This document shows, piece after piece, positions 29,701 through 38,316 of a DNA stretch of 64,000 bases. The position numbers and the translations under genes are program-made. Positions within the stretch are counted from its first letter, which is position 1. Each line of letters begins with the position of its first letter. The stretch lies in contig JAWLHB010000008.1 in assembly GCA_041690595.1 (NCBI GenBank), positions 62,001-126,000 on the forward strand. The letters run 5' to 3'. Origin of the DNA: Lentisphaeria bacterium (lineage in GTDB: Bacteria; Verrucomicrobiota; Lentisphaeria; JABSQK01; JAWLHB01). The notes under the pieces were generated by a model. It searched no databases and was not told where the DNA came from. It saw nothing but the letters and a program-made list of their open reading frames with translations.

Positions 29701-30475
29701 CCGCGAAGGCGTGGCCGACGCCATCGTCCAGCACTGGACCCCCTGCCCCTCGTTCGGCGATCCCGACGGCTGCGAACTCGGCACCCCCAGCCGCGTCGCC
29801 CTCCACAATCCCGAAGGTCGCGATCTCAAACTCGTCATCGGCACTTATTTGCCGCGCGGCATGTTCCCAGACGACAGCGGGAAACTGCCTGAAGCGGAAC
29901 TGCCACACGCCGCGGTCACGATTACCAGTCCGAATGGCTCCCATCTCCTGGCCGAATCGGTGCCCCTCCACCACCTTCATCATGGGGACCGGTGGGAAAC
30001 CCTGCTCGATGGCGTAAAGGGCACGCTCCTTGTCGAGGTCAGGCAGACGGAGCATTTCTGGATGTACACCTATCCAGCCACGCGTGGCGTGCTTATCGGC
30101 GAAGAGCTTGCCGACGGCTGGGGACGCTTCCATCTGGAGGCAGGCTCTGCGCGCGACTGGTATTTCCACGTCCCCGCCGGCACCACCTCATTCGCTCTCC
30201 ACTACCGCGCCCACCGGGAGTCCGACGTCATCGACGTGGAAATCCACGCCCCCGATCGCCTGGTCGCCCGGCATTACGGCCAAATGGGGCAACTCGACAT
30301 CGAGGTTCCGCCCGGTCTCGGCGGGTTGACCTGGCACATTCGACTGGATCTGGGGGGAGCGACGCTGTTTCAGTCGCAGCAGCCCCGTTTTCCTGCGGCC
30401 ATGCTCGATCTGCAGCTCAAGGGCGTCCCCTTCCGGCTGGCTCCAACCTATGAACAATGGTTCCCCGAACAATGA
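26777..30475 (+). CDS. Secreted multidomain protein: beta-propeller, alpha/beta-hydrolase esterase, duplicated C-terminal domain
   Basis: Signal peptide. Propeller-like repeats (YDLATRELQDLG, YQIDTGKVTDLG). IHGGGW, GESAGGHLA, HGKAD..P, GVGHAF. Confidence 0.75.
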   Translation: MIPNLSLKLLATCLLLGLSLLAEQELGYMAPFSTAEFTGKHVNASSYAVPDNFVDGQWHGIIVASDGKTYFSVSSHSPAQSAQFYRFDSSSQKPKVEKICDVAAWCGQTESIGKWNAQGKIHSQIFEANGKLYCSTTPAHREPDHPYEGGHFLSYDLATRELQDLGLFPDSHGGLLTMLHEPANQRLYAISQGNQTLCYLDLKNGKITKVGSCQENPLQTRTLIADKQGNVYGCEWGNRVWRYSPETNEIELLDGRLPGDPDQAQPEPDPDSRAWQSTQWKLPVWDPQTRWWYAVKGNDEYLFRFRLPERGSTEIVSEGLAPFGFRPRRKAEQRLASLAFVRRGRELFYCSYPVWRPMAHLMRYQIDTGKVTDLGPIVTDDGHRRVAEIHGMVVGADGKLHAVGMVWSRENSRDPANPWANRGQCYFHARLLVIDPDQDFQPSTALNGFPAQAPTIREYAPGRQVQLSYPPTGASGPFPALILIHGGGWGSGSPDLLAPMAGYFADRGMLVANIGYRLTSQTGVRVPDCVTDVKLATRWVADHAEELDIDPERIVVAGESAGGHLAACVGMVPGFLPDGTPEPSIAALVLYNPVIDTASEDGWQMRGYSEAERQALSPAHHVRQALPPTLIVHGKADTCTPFAWSERFVQAMRQAGNEIEFEELDGVGHAFLIPGYGTSRTIAAAIDRTDDFLSSQGMLAPLMPAAWLGDASHLLTERPPLYVLNPDGKRWWFQVHRFPWWIGKGWNNPDLALTVIDPNGDIVLDETRHVGGETRVWIPAGAPGVYRIDVDSNNSLNYWSLRGSLPHAVVEVSTDTLKPERGGHDRRFGGWSFNPFIPRRWYFHVPEGTERFRIVAINNKGRSHREDHGLTVYSPRGQRMAVLWGQANPDELPQKIAEREFRLQQATIIVEPGSAGRFWSIEIRMGDSHTYSDINLILDGVPPYLAQAPEWWFDPRTGERPKPLIYDESRFVQSDREGVADAIVQHWTPCPSFGDPDGCELGTPSRVALHNPEGRDLKLVIGTYLPRGMFPDDSGKLPEAELPHAAVTITSPNGSHLLAESVPLHHLHHGDRWETLLDGVKGTLLVEVRQTEHFWMYTYPATRGVLIGEELADGWGRFHLEAGSARDWYFHVPAGTTSFALHYRAHRESDVIDVEIHAPDRLVARHYGQMGQLDIEVPPGLGGLTWHIRLDLGGATLFQSQQPRFPAAMLDLQLKGVPFRLAPTYEQWFPEQ

Positions 30476-31980
30476 TCCCACACTTGGTCCGTACGCCTTC
30501 CAGCGCCAGACTCCACGTCAGCGACCGTCCCTTCACCATCCTCGGCGGTGAGCTGCACAACTCCAGCGCCTCCAGCCTCGACTACCTCGAGCCGATCCTC
30601 GACCGCCTCGTCCGCTGCAACCTCAATACAGTGCTGGCCCCCGTCTCCTGGGAACTGCTCGAACCGACTGAAGGCGACTTCGACTACTCGCTGGTGGATG
30701 GCATGATCCGCCTCTGCCGAGAGCGCCGGCTGAAGCTGGTGCCCCTTTGGTTCGCCACCATGAAGAACGCCGTCTCCTGCTATGCACCCGACTGGGTGAA
30801 GACCGACCTGAAGCGCTTTCCGCGAGCGGAAACCACCCCCGGCATCCCGAGTTGGACAGTCTCCCCTTTCTGCAATGAGGTGCGCGAGTGCGACAGCCGC
30901 GCCTTTGCCCGGTTGATGACTCGCATCCGTGAACAGGATCCGCATGGCGCGACCGTCATCATGATGCAGGTGGAAAACGAAAGCGGGATACTCAACGCCT
31001 CACGCGACTACTCCCCCCTGGCGCAGGCAGCCTTCACTGCCGCGGTCCCGGAAAAACTTCTCGACGATTTGCGTGCGCATGCCGACACCCTGCATCCCGA
31101 CCTGCGCCGGCCAAGCCGCGACCGGGGCACCTGGGCCGCCATCTTCGGCTCCGATGCGGATGAGATCTTCATGGCCTGGCACATCGCCTCTTTCATCGAA
31201 ACCGTCGCGGCGACCGGCCGCCGCGAGCACGACCTGCCCATGTTCGCCAACGCCTGGCTCTGCGGAGGCCCCGGCTTTCCCCCCGGCAAGTATCCCTCCG
31301 GCGGCCCTATTCCAAAGATGTTCGACATCTGGCAGGCCGCCGCCCCATCTCTCGACTTCCTCGCCCCGGACATCTACCAGCTCAACTTCCGTGAGCACTG
31401 CGCCGCCTTCAGCCGAGGGGGAAATCTGCTCTTCATTCCGGAAGCCCGCAACACCCCCATCGCCGCCGCCAACGCCCTCTACGCTATCGGCCACCACCGC
31501 GCCATCGGCTTCTGCCCCTTCGCCATCGACGACATGGCCGAGGATCACCCACTGGTTGAGACATATGCCAAGCTGGCCGAGCTGCTGAGCTTCCTGCCGG
31601 ACGGCGCGGAGACCACCGGCTTCGTCCAGGAACAGGAGACCGAGCGATGGGAGGCACAGCTTGGCGACTTCCGCTTTGCTGTCCGCACCCAGCAGCCGCT
31701 TGACCATCTCCCAGTCCCCGGCAGCGCGCTGCTGGCTCGACTCGGCCCGGCGGAGTATTTATGCCTGGGGCGCAACCTCACCTTCACCTTCACCGCCCCT
31801 TCCGGTTTGGCAGCCGAACTGGTGGCGCTCGATACAGGCACCATCGTTAATGGGCAATGGCGCCAGGGTCGGCGGCTCAACGGGGACGAAACGGCCCATG
31901 GTACCGGTGTACTGCTGCGCGACCGGCTCGAGTTCTGCCGCTTCCGCCTCTTTGACCCCACAACGGATTCGCACCCGTGA
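30472..31980 (+). CDS. GH35 beta-galactosidase-like protein with DUF5597
   Basis: GGELHNSSASS, NTVLAPVSWELLEP, IMMQVENE, PGKYPSGGP, LAPDIY, LFIPE, RRLNGDE. Confidence 0.88.
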   Translation: MIPHLVRTPSSARLHVSDRPFTILGGELHNSSASSLDYLEPILDRLVRCNLNTVLAPVSWELLEPTEGDFDYSLVDGMIRLCRERRLKLVPLWFATMKNAVSCYAPDWVKTDLKRFPRAETTPGIPSWTVSPFCNEVRECDSRAFARLMTRIREQDPHGATVIMMQVENESGILNASRDYSPLAQAAFTAAVPEKLLDDLRAHADTLHPDLRRPSRDRGTWAAIFGSDADEIFMAWHIASFIETVAATGRREHDLPMFANAWLCGGPGFPPGKYPSGGPIPKMFDIWQAAAPSLDFLAPDIYQLNFREHCAAFSRGGNLLFIPEARNTPIAAANALYAIGHHRAIGFCPFAIDDMAEDHPLVETYAKLAELLSFLPDGAETTGFVQEQETERWEAQLGDFRFAVRTQQPLDHLPVPGSALLARLGPAEYLCLGRNLTFTFTAPSGLAAELVALDTGTIVNGQWRQGRRLNGDETAHGTGVLLRDRLEFCRFRLFDPTTDSHP

Positions 31981-33617
31981 ACCCAGACCTCAACCGCGCC
32001 CCCTTCAGCCGCTTCGGCTCCTATCTCACCGTCGTGCATCATCGCGAGAACAACCCTCGCCGCCCGCGCGATATCGAGCCTGGGCTCTGGCTGAGCGGCG
32101 TCCACGGCTTCAACTCGGGCCGCGAGAGTTTCCAGCTGCTGCTGGGGGACTGGCACCTGGTGGCGCACCCATCTCACCTCATCCTGCGTGGCACCACCGG
32201 GTGCGCCGATCTCTGCATCGCCGAACCGGCCTGTCTCCGCCTGCGCTGCCGCGAAGGGGAGCTGCGCCTGCGCCCAAGCAAAGGGCGGTACAACTATATC
32301 CTGCCACAGCGACAGCATCGCTGGACCGTGAACAGCTCCCGCACCTTTGTCCTCTACACGATCGACCGGCTCAGCGGTGAACTACGGGAAGAAGATGGCG
32401 ACCTTGTTCTCGGCGGCGGAGGCGAGTTGGCGCTGCGCCCCCACGTCGGCTTTGCAGACCTGCCGCCGGTAGAGGGCACCTTCGACGAGGCCGTAAGCGC
32501 CGTCGACGAGGCTTTCGAGCAATTCGTGGCCCCCTATCGTGCCGGCGCCGGCGATTGCACCCGCACTGCCGAGGAAGCCGCCTGGCTCAACTGGTCATGC
32601 GTCGTCGGCGTGCAGGGCCACTTCCGGCGACCGGCCATGCTGATGAGCAAGAACTGGATGACCAACGTCTGGAGCTGGGACCACGCCATCAACGCACTGG
32701 CCCTCGGCCCCCATCACCCCAGCCTCGCTTGGGACCAACTCATGACCATCTTCGACCACCAGTTGCCAAGTGGCCAGCTCCCCGACTTCATCAATGACGC
32801 GGTTCGGCTCTACAATTATGTGAAGCCGCCGATTCATGGCTGGGTGCTGAGTCAACTGCTCGCCGCCAACAGCTGGTTTGCGGCGCCGGAACGACTGCTG
32901 GAGATCTACGAGCCACTGGGCCGCTGGACGGAGTGGTGGTTCCGTTTCCGGCTGCCGGAAGGCCGTGGCGTGCCGGAGTACTACCACGGCAACGACAGCG
33001 GCTGGGACAACGGCACGGTCTTCGACGCTGGGACGCCCGTAACCAGCCCGGACTGCGCCGCCTTCCTCATCCTGCAGATGGAAACCCTGGGCAACCTGGC
33101 CACTCGACTCGGCAAGCCGCGGGAAGCCGACGCATGGCAACAGCGCGCTGCCGATCTACTTCCCTTCCTGCTTGAGCACTGGGACGGGCGTCGCTTCCGC
33201 GTTACCAGCCGCGAAGGAAACGTCTGCACGCTCTCCGACAGTCTCTTCGGCTGCCTGCCCATTATCCTCGGCATGCGCCTGCCCGCCGACATTCGAAAGG
33301 TGTTGCTGACCGAGATCCGCCGCCACCTGACGGAATGGGGACTCGCCTCCGAGCATCCAGATTCACCACTCTACGAAAGCGAAGGCTACTGGCGAGGCCC
33401 GATCTGGGCGCCGCCAACCCTCCTCATCGCCGAAGGGGTGCGCGCCGCCGGCGACACCATGCTGGCCGACGACATCGCCCGCCGCTTCTGCCGGCTGTGC
33501 CGCCAGAGCGGCTTTGCCGAAAATTTCGACGCAGTTTCAGGTGCTCCGCTCTGCGATCCCGCCTATACCTGGACAGCCAGCACCTTCCTTCATCTCCTTA
33601 AGCCTCCTGAAAATTAA
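31977..33617 (+). CDS. GH63/MGH1-like six-hairpin glycoside hydrolase
   Basis: VWSWDH, KPPIHGW, HGNDSGWDN, YWRGPIWAP, FAENFD, YTWTAS. GTG start overlaps the upstream stop. Confidence 0.85.
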   Translation: MNPDLNRAPFSRFGSYLTVVHHRENNPRRPRDIEPGLWLSGVHGFNSGRESFQLLLGDWHLVAHPSHLILRGTTGCADLCIAEPACLRLRCREGELRLRPSKGRYNYILPQRQHRWTVNSSRTFVLYTIDRLSGELREEDGDLVLGGGGELALRPHVGFADLPPVEGTFDEAVSAVDEAFEQFVAPYRAGAGDCTRTAEEAAWLNWSCVVGVQGHFRRPAMLMSKNWMTNVWSWDHAINALALGPHHPSLAWDQLMTIFDHQLPSGQLPDFINDAVRLYNYVKPPIHGWVLSQLLAANSWFAAPERLLEIYEPLGRWTEWWFRFRLPEGRGVPEYYHGNDSGWDNGTVFDAGTPVTSPDCAAFLILQMETLGNLATRLGKPREADAWQQRAADLLPFLLEHWDGRRFRVTSREGNVCTLSDSLFGCLPIILGMRLPADIRKVLLTEIRRHLTEWGLASEHPDSPLYESEGYWRGPIWAPPTLLIAEGVRAAGDTMLADDIARRFCRLCRQSGFAENFDAVSGAPLCDPAYTWTASTFLHLLKPPEN

Positions 33618-33669
33618 GTTCCTTACTTCATGCAAGTCATTTGATTACCCCCTTCCAGCGTCATATACT
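33612..33669 (+). promoter_or_regulatory. Second copy of the palindromic site plus sigma70-like promoter of the GntR-pilin module
   Basis: AATTAAGTTCCTTA at 33612-33625, then TTGATT-17-TATACT at 33641-33669. Confidence 0.65.
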
Positions 33670-33705
33670 ATCTGTGCGGGAACATCCACTCATAAGGGCC
33701 CACTC

Positions 33706-34800
33706 ATGAATGCTCCGAATCGCAACGCCACCGTCTTGAGACACGAAGAGGTCGCCGGCCTGTTGCGGGATGAGATTCTGCACAATTATCAGCCCGGCGA
33801 GCGCCTGCCGCCAGACACCGCGAACGCCGACCGATTCGGCGTCTCCGTGGTGACCCTCCGAGATGCCATGCGATTGCTGGTCAAGGAAGGCTTGCTCACG
33901 CGGCGACGCGGCAGCGGCACCTACGTCCGCGATCGGTCCCAGGACTCCCTGGCTCGCGTAGCCATCCTCTGCAGAGAGGATCTTGCGACCCACTCCGCCA
34001 GTCCCTATGGGCGGCTCGTGCTGCAGGCGTTGCAGCGCCGGATCAGAGCCGCGCGGTTCGTCCCTGAAGTCCATTTCGAAGTAGACGGCAACGTTGAAAC
34101 ACAATCCATCCTGCGCGAATCACCCGACTCTCCATTGACCGGCCTGGTCGTTCTCAACCCCATCCACGACGACCGGACGCTCGAGCGCGTGACCGGACTT
34201 GGCATCCCGGTCGTCTCGTGCAACCAGCACTTCCCTGGTGGATTCAAGGCTTCCAACGATAATTCCGGACTCGTGCGCGACGCTGTCCACTACCTGCACG
34301 ACCACGGCCGCTCGCGCCTGGCCCTGGTTACTCTGAACAAAGTCGGTTCCGTACACCCTGGGGTTGACGACTGGATGGAGGAATCCTTCCTCGCCGCGCT
34401 CGCTCGCCACGGTCTCACCTTCAACTCCGACTGGGTCTGCGGCGTCTCACCAACGGACGGCCCAGGCGCCGCCTTCGATGCAGTTCACCAGCTCTGGGAG
34501 GCGAAACGGGAACGCCCCGACGGCCTGCTGGTGACCGATGACACCATCTACCCTGAAGTCGCCATGGCCCTTCTGGAGTTAGACGTTGTTGTGCCCGAGG
34601 ATCTGCTCGTCATCAGCCACGCCAATCTCGGCGCCCGGATGTTCTGCCCATTCCCAACCGTGCGTTTCGCTTTCGATCCCGCCCGAATGGCGAACGTCTT
34701 GGTCGACGCCCTCTGCGACCTGATCGCAGGCAATACGCCATCGCCCCCCTTTACCGTCTTGCCATTCCATATCATCGAACCTGAAGGAGAAATGTCATGA
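33706..34800 (+). CDS. GntR-HTH / LacI-type sugar-binding transcriptional regulator (AraR-like architecture)
   Basis: [42 protein letters not shown], followed by a periplasmic-binding-protein-like domain ([18 protein letters not shown]). Confidence 0.9.
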   Translation: MNAPNRNATVLRHEEVAGLLRDEILHNYQPGERLPPDTANADRFGVSVVTLRDAMRLLVKEGLLTRRRGSGTYVRDRSQDSLARVAILCREDLATHSASPYGRLVLQALQRRIRAARFVPEVHFEVDGNVETQSILRESPDSPLTGLVVLNPIHDDRTLERVTGLGIPVVSCNQHFPGGFKASNDNSGLVRDAVHYLHDHGRSRLALVTLNKVGSVHPGVDDWMEESFLAALARHGLTFNSDWVCGVSPTDGPGAAFDAVHQLWEAKRERPDGLLVTDDTIYPEVAMALLELDVVVPEDLLVISHANLGARMFCPFPTVRFAFDPARMANVLVDALCDLIAGNTPSPPFTVLPFHIIEPEGEMS

Positions 34801-35558
34801 AGAACTCGCCACACAAGCATTTCACCCTCATTGAGCTATTGGTCGTGGTAGCAATTATAGCCATACTGGCGAGCATGTTGCTTCCCGCCTTGAGTCATGC
34901 ACGCGCACGCGCTCGCCAGATTTCGTGCACCGGTAATCAGAAGCAGCTCGCCATGGGCGCTCTGATGTATGCCGACGCTCTCGATGACTGGCTGCCGGCG
35001 CATTACAAGTCGGATGGCACAGTTGATTCCTGGGGTATGGTCATCGTCCGTGATGCCTGGGGCACGCCAAGGCCGACCGGGCTCGGTCTCCTGATCTCTA
35101 CCGGGACCATCGGTTGGGATACTCCTCGGATCATGGCCTGCGATGGTGCCATCATCGACAGCGCGGCAGCGGACGCCAGTCGCTATGTCTCCTTCAATGC
35201 GCGAAAGAACATCCGCGAATTCGGTGCCAATGGGATTCACGATTATGTTTACTCTCCGCATGTGTTGACCGGCAATCGGCGACTTGGCAGCGATTACATG
35301 AACGAGCATCCGCAACTGCTCGCCGATGGCGGCTTCGCCCTCTTCAACGGTGTGAGCTATTATACTGCCTGGAACAACTACTGCGGACTGCGGCCACACG
35401 ACCTGCGGGGCATCAATATCGGCTTCACCGACGGCCATATAGCCTGGTACGATATCAACCGCGTTCGCCAGCTTGCCGGCGGCTATCACTTCACCGTCAA
35501 CTACATCACCAGCGGGCTCTGGTCCTCCCAGATCACGCGCAGCAAACTTGGCTTGTAG
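34797..35558 (+). CDS. Prepilin-type N-methylation / DUF1559 / H-X9-DG protein no. 1
   Basis: [27 protein letters not shown]...C.GNQKQ and C-terminal [18 protein letters not shown]-coupled to the regulator. Confidence 0.92.
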   Translation: MKNSPHKHFTLIELLVVVAIIAILASMLLPALSHARARARQISCTGNQKQLAMGALMYADALDDWLPAHYKSDGTVDSWGMVIVRDAWGTPRPTGLGLLISTGTIGWDTPRIMACDGAIIDSAAADASRYVSFNARKNIREFGANGIHDYVYSPHVLTGNRRLGSDYMNEHPQLLADGGFALFNGVSYYTAWNNYCGLRPHDLRGINIGFTDGHIAWYDINRVRQLAGGYHFTVNYITSGLWSSQITRSKLGL

Positions 35559-35838
35559 CTCTCAGAAACCTCGTCTCAAGCCCTCCGGCAAACACCCATT
35601 CCCGCCGGCATACCCGGGTGGTTCCATCATGGGGATCACCTGCTCCTGACAGATCGAATGCCACAGCTTCAATGTAGAACGAAGCGCGGCTGACCATAGT
35701 CAGGTAGCCTTCGAGGATCGACTCGTCAAGCTTTGTTCAGTTGTCAACGCGGCTCGACTTTGGATATCACCCGGAGTATTCTCCTTCTGCACCAAGAGCC
35801 CGCCGATACCTTAACCAGCGGAAGGAGATAACCGCCCT

Positions 35839-37206
35839 ATGCAAGCTGTAAACAGACCGAATATCATTCTGATCAATTGCGATGATCTCGGCTATGGCGA
35901 CCTGGCCTGTTACGGCTCTACAACCAATGATACACCCCACGTGGATCATCTGGCGGCAGAAGGCGTCCGCTTTACCGATTTCTACATGGCATCCCCTGTC
36001 TGCTCTGCTTCGCGAGCGGCGATGATGACCGGATGCTACTCGCAGAGAGTCGGCTTTGCCAACTGCCAGGTGCTCTTCCCTGGGCAGGCACAAGGCCTCT
36101 GTCCTCGCGAAATAACCATAGCCAGGCAATTGAAGCGTGCCGATTACGATACCAAGATCGTCGGCAAGTGGCACTGCGGCGATCAACCGGAGTTTCTGCC
36201 GACCAACCACGGCTTCGACGAATATTTCGGGATACCATACAGCAATGACATGGGCCGTCAGGTCGGCCGCGCTGACGCTCCGCCGTTGCCGCTGATGCGC
36301 AACGAAGAGGTCATCCAGCAGCAGCCGGACCAACGCGGCATTACCGAGCGATACGTGGATGAGTGTTTGCAGTTCATCCGCCGGAAACGTGAGCAACCCT
36401 TCTTCCTGTATCTGGCTCACATGTACGTCCATGTGCCGCTCTTCATCCCGAAGCAGTTCCTGGATCTCTCGCGCAATGGCGCCTACGGCGGCGCGGTCGC
36501 CTGCATTGACTGGGCGGTGGGCATGATTGAAGCGGAGTTGAACCGGCTGAGCATCAAAAACGAGACGCTGATTATCTTCACCTCCGACAACGGGTCGCGC
36601 GCCCGCGAGGAGGGGGGCAGCAACGCGCCCTTGCGCGGCAACAAGGCAGAAACATGGGAAGGGGGGCAGCGAGTGCCCTGTATCATGCGCTGGCCCGGAA
36701 AGATTGCGGCCAGTACCACCTGCGCGGGAATTGCCTCGTCGATCGACCTTTTTGCCACACTGTCCGAGATCGCGGGTGTACCGCTGCCGGCAGATAGAAA
36801 ACTGGACAGTGTGTCGCTGGTACAGACGATCTGCGATGGGGCGCCTTCCAAGCGCCACGTCTTCGCTTACTACAAGGGCCCGAACCTCGAGGCCGTGCGC
36901 AAGGGCGATTGGAAACTGCACGTCTGCAAGAACGGCCAGCCGTTGTCGGAGCTTTACAACCTGCGTGATGATATCGGCGAGACCCGTGACCTGTACGATA
37001 AGCATCCCGCTATCGTCGCCGATATCGAGGCTGAGGCCGAGTCCTTTCGGCGGATGTTCGGGGATCGTCGACTGGACCTTGTCGGCACGGAAGTTCGCGA
37101 AGTCGGTGTATGCAGGAACCCCGCACCGCTGACTGAATACGACGAGGACCACCCCTATATGATCGCCTGCTATGATCTGGCCGATATGCCGACCATGGCT
37201 GGATGA
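35839..37206 (+). CDS. Cys-type arylsulfatase-like sulfatase (no signal peptide)
   Basis: RPNIILINCDDLGYGD, CSASRAAMMTG, GKWHCG, FTSDNG, WEGGQRVP. Confidence 0.93.
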   Translation: MQAVNRPNIILINCDDLGYGDLACYGSTTNDTPHVDHLAAEGVRFTDFYMASPVCSASRAAMMTGCYSQRVGFANCQVLFPGQAQGLCPREITIARQLKRADYDTKIVGKWHCGDQPEFLPTNHGFDEYFGIPYSNDMGRQVGRADAPPLPLMRNEEVIQQQPDQRGITERYVDECLQFIRRKREQPFFLYLAHMYVHVPLFIPKQFLDLSRNGAYGGAVACIDWAVGMIEAELNRLSIKNETLIIFTSDNGSRAREEGGSNAPLRGNKAETWEGGQRVPCIMRWPGKIAASTTCAGIASSIDLFATLSEIAGVPLPADRKLDSVSLVQTICDGAPSKRHVFAYYKGPNLEAVRKGDWKLHVCKNGQPLSELYNLRDDIGETRDLYDKHPAIVADIEAEAESFRRMFGDRRLDLVGTEVREVGVCRNPAPLTEYDEDHPYMIACYDLADMPTMAG

Positions 37207-37282
37207 ACCATCAACCGGCTATTCTGCTGATCGGCGCCGCCAACGGGCGAATTTGGAAGAACCACTGAACTCAAGATCATGA

Positions 37283-38281
37283 ATGCATTTCAGATTTCGC
37301 TTTGAGCCGGCCCCGAAGCATGGCGGCTTCGCCATGGACGACTACTGGATATGGTGCGGCTCGGCGATCCGTGGCGACGATGGGCAGTATCACCTCTTCG
37401 CCTCGCGTTGGCCTAAGCGATATCCCTTTTACAACGGTTACGTCTGCTACTCGGAGATTGTCCGAGCCGTGGCCGACAATCCCCTCGGCCCCTTCACCTT
37501 TGTCGATGTGGTCGTGCCAACTCGTGACCTGCACTTCTGGGATGGAGGCCACACCCACAACCCCACCATCCACCGGATCGGCGGACGCTATTGCCTCTTT
37601 TACGAAGCGATAACCTTCCCGAAGGGGCGGCCATCGGATCGGGAGATCCGCAACGGCGGCCCGATGCGCGGCGGCAGTTACCCGGCAATCGGTCTTTGCA
37701 TCGCCGACTCCCTGGATGGACCATGGCAACGCTTCGACCGGCCTGCCTTGGCCCAGCGAGACGGTGCGTGGGACCGCGAGATCGTCACCAATCCCGCGGT
37801 CTGCGAAGCGCCTGATGGACGCATCCTGCTCTACTATCGGTCGTACGACATGACGGTCGGCCTGGCCGAAGCCGACGAACCGGAAGGGCCGTATCGTCGT
37901 ATCGGCGACGGACCGCTGCCCTCGCTGCAGCCTCCCAACCGCGTAGAAGATATGTACGTCTGGCACAGCGGTGAACACTTCGAGATGCTGGCCAAGGACT
38001 GCACCGGCGGCGTGCTCAGCGGTGAGCGTGGTGCCGGCGTGCATGCCACCTCGCCCGACGGCGTTGCCTGGATCTTCTCCGATCCCGTCAAGGCTTACTC
38101 GCGCACCATCGCCTGGGACGACGGCAGCGTCGCCTCCCAAGGCTGTCTGGAGCGTGCCCAGCTCCTCATCGAAGACGGTGAGCCGCGCGCACTCTATGCC
38201 GCTACTGGTGACGGTCCGGGCGGCTTCAATGCCTGCACCCGTACTTGGAACATGGCGATCTCACTTGAACCACAAAAATGA
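37283..38281 (+). CDS. Five-bladed beta-propeller glycoside hydrolase (GH43/GH117-like)
   Basis: WIWCGS..GDDGQYHLFASRW, THNPTI, DSLDGPW, TNPAV, EDMYVW, LERAQLL. Confidence 0.8.
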   Translation: MHFRFRFEPAPKHGGFAMDDYWIWCGSAIRGDDGQYHLFASRWPKRYPFYNGYVCYSEIVRAVADNPLGPFTFVDVVVPTRDLHFWDGGHTHNPTIHRIGGRYCLFYEAITFPKGRPSDREIRNGGPMRGGSYPAIGLCIADSLDGPWQRFDRPALAQRDGAWDREIVTNPAVCEAPDGRILLYYRSYDMTVGLAEADEPEGPYRRIGDGPLPSLQPPNRVEDMYVWHSGEHFEMLAKDCTGGVLSGERGAGVHATSPDGVAWIFSDPVKAYSRTIAWDDGSVASQGCLERAQLLIEDGEPRALYAATGDGPGGFNACTRTWNMAISLEPQK

Positions 38282-38316
38282 CATGCCGCACGATGCCTGT
38301 TGCGCTCTTATCCTTG

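Noticed and set aside
19168..33625. 14-bp direct repeat read as att sites or target-site duplication of a mobile island
   Set aside because: No integrase, transposase or tRNA nearby. The palindromic symmetry and identical spacing to -35 boxes favour a regulator site, so this is kept only as an alternative.
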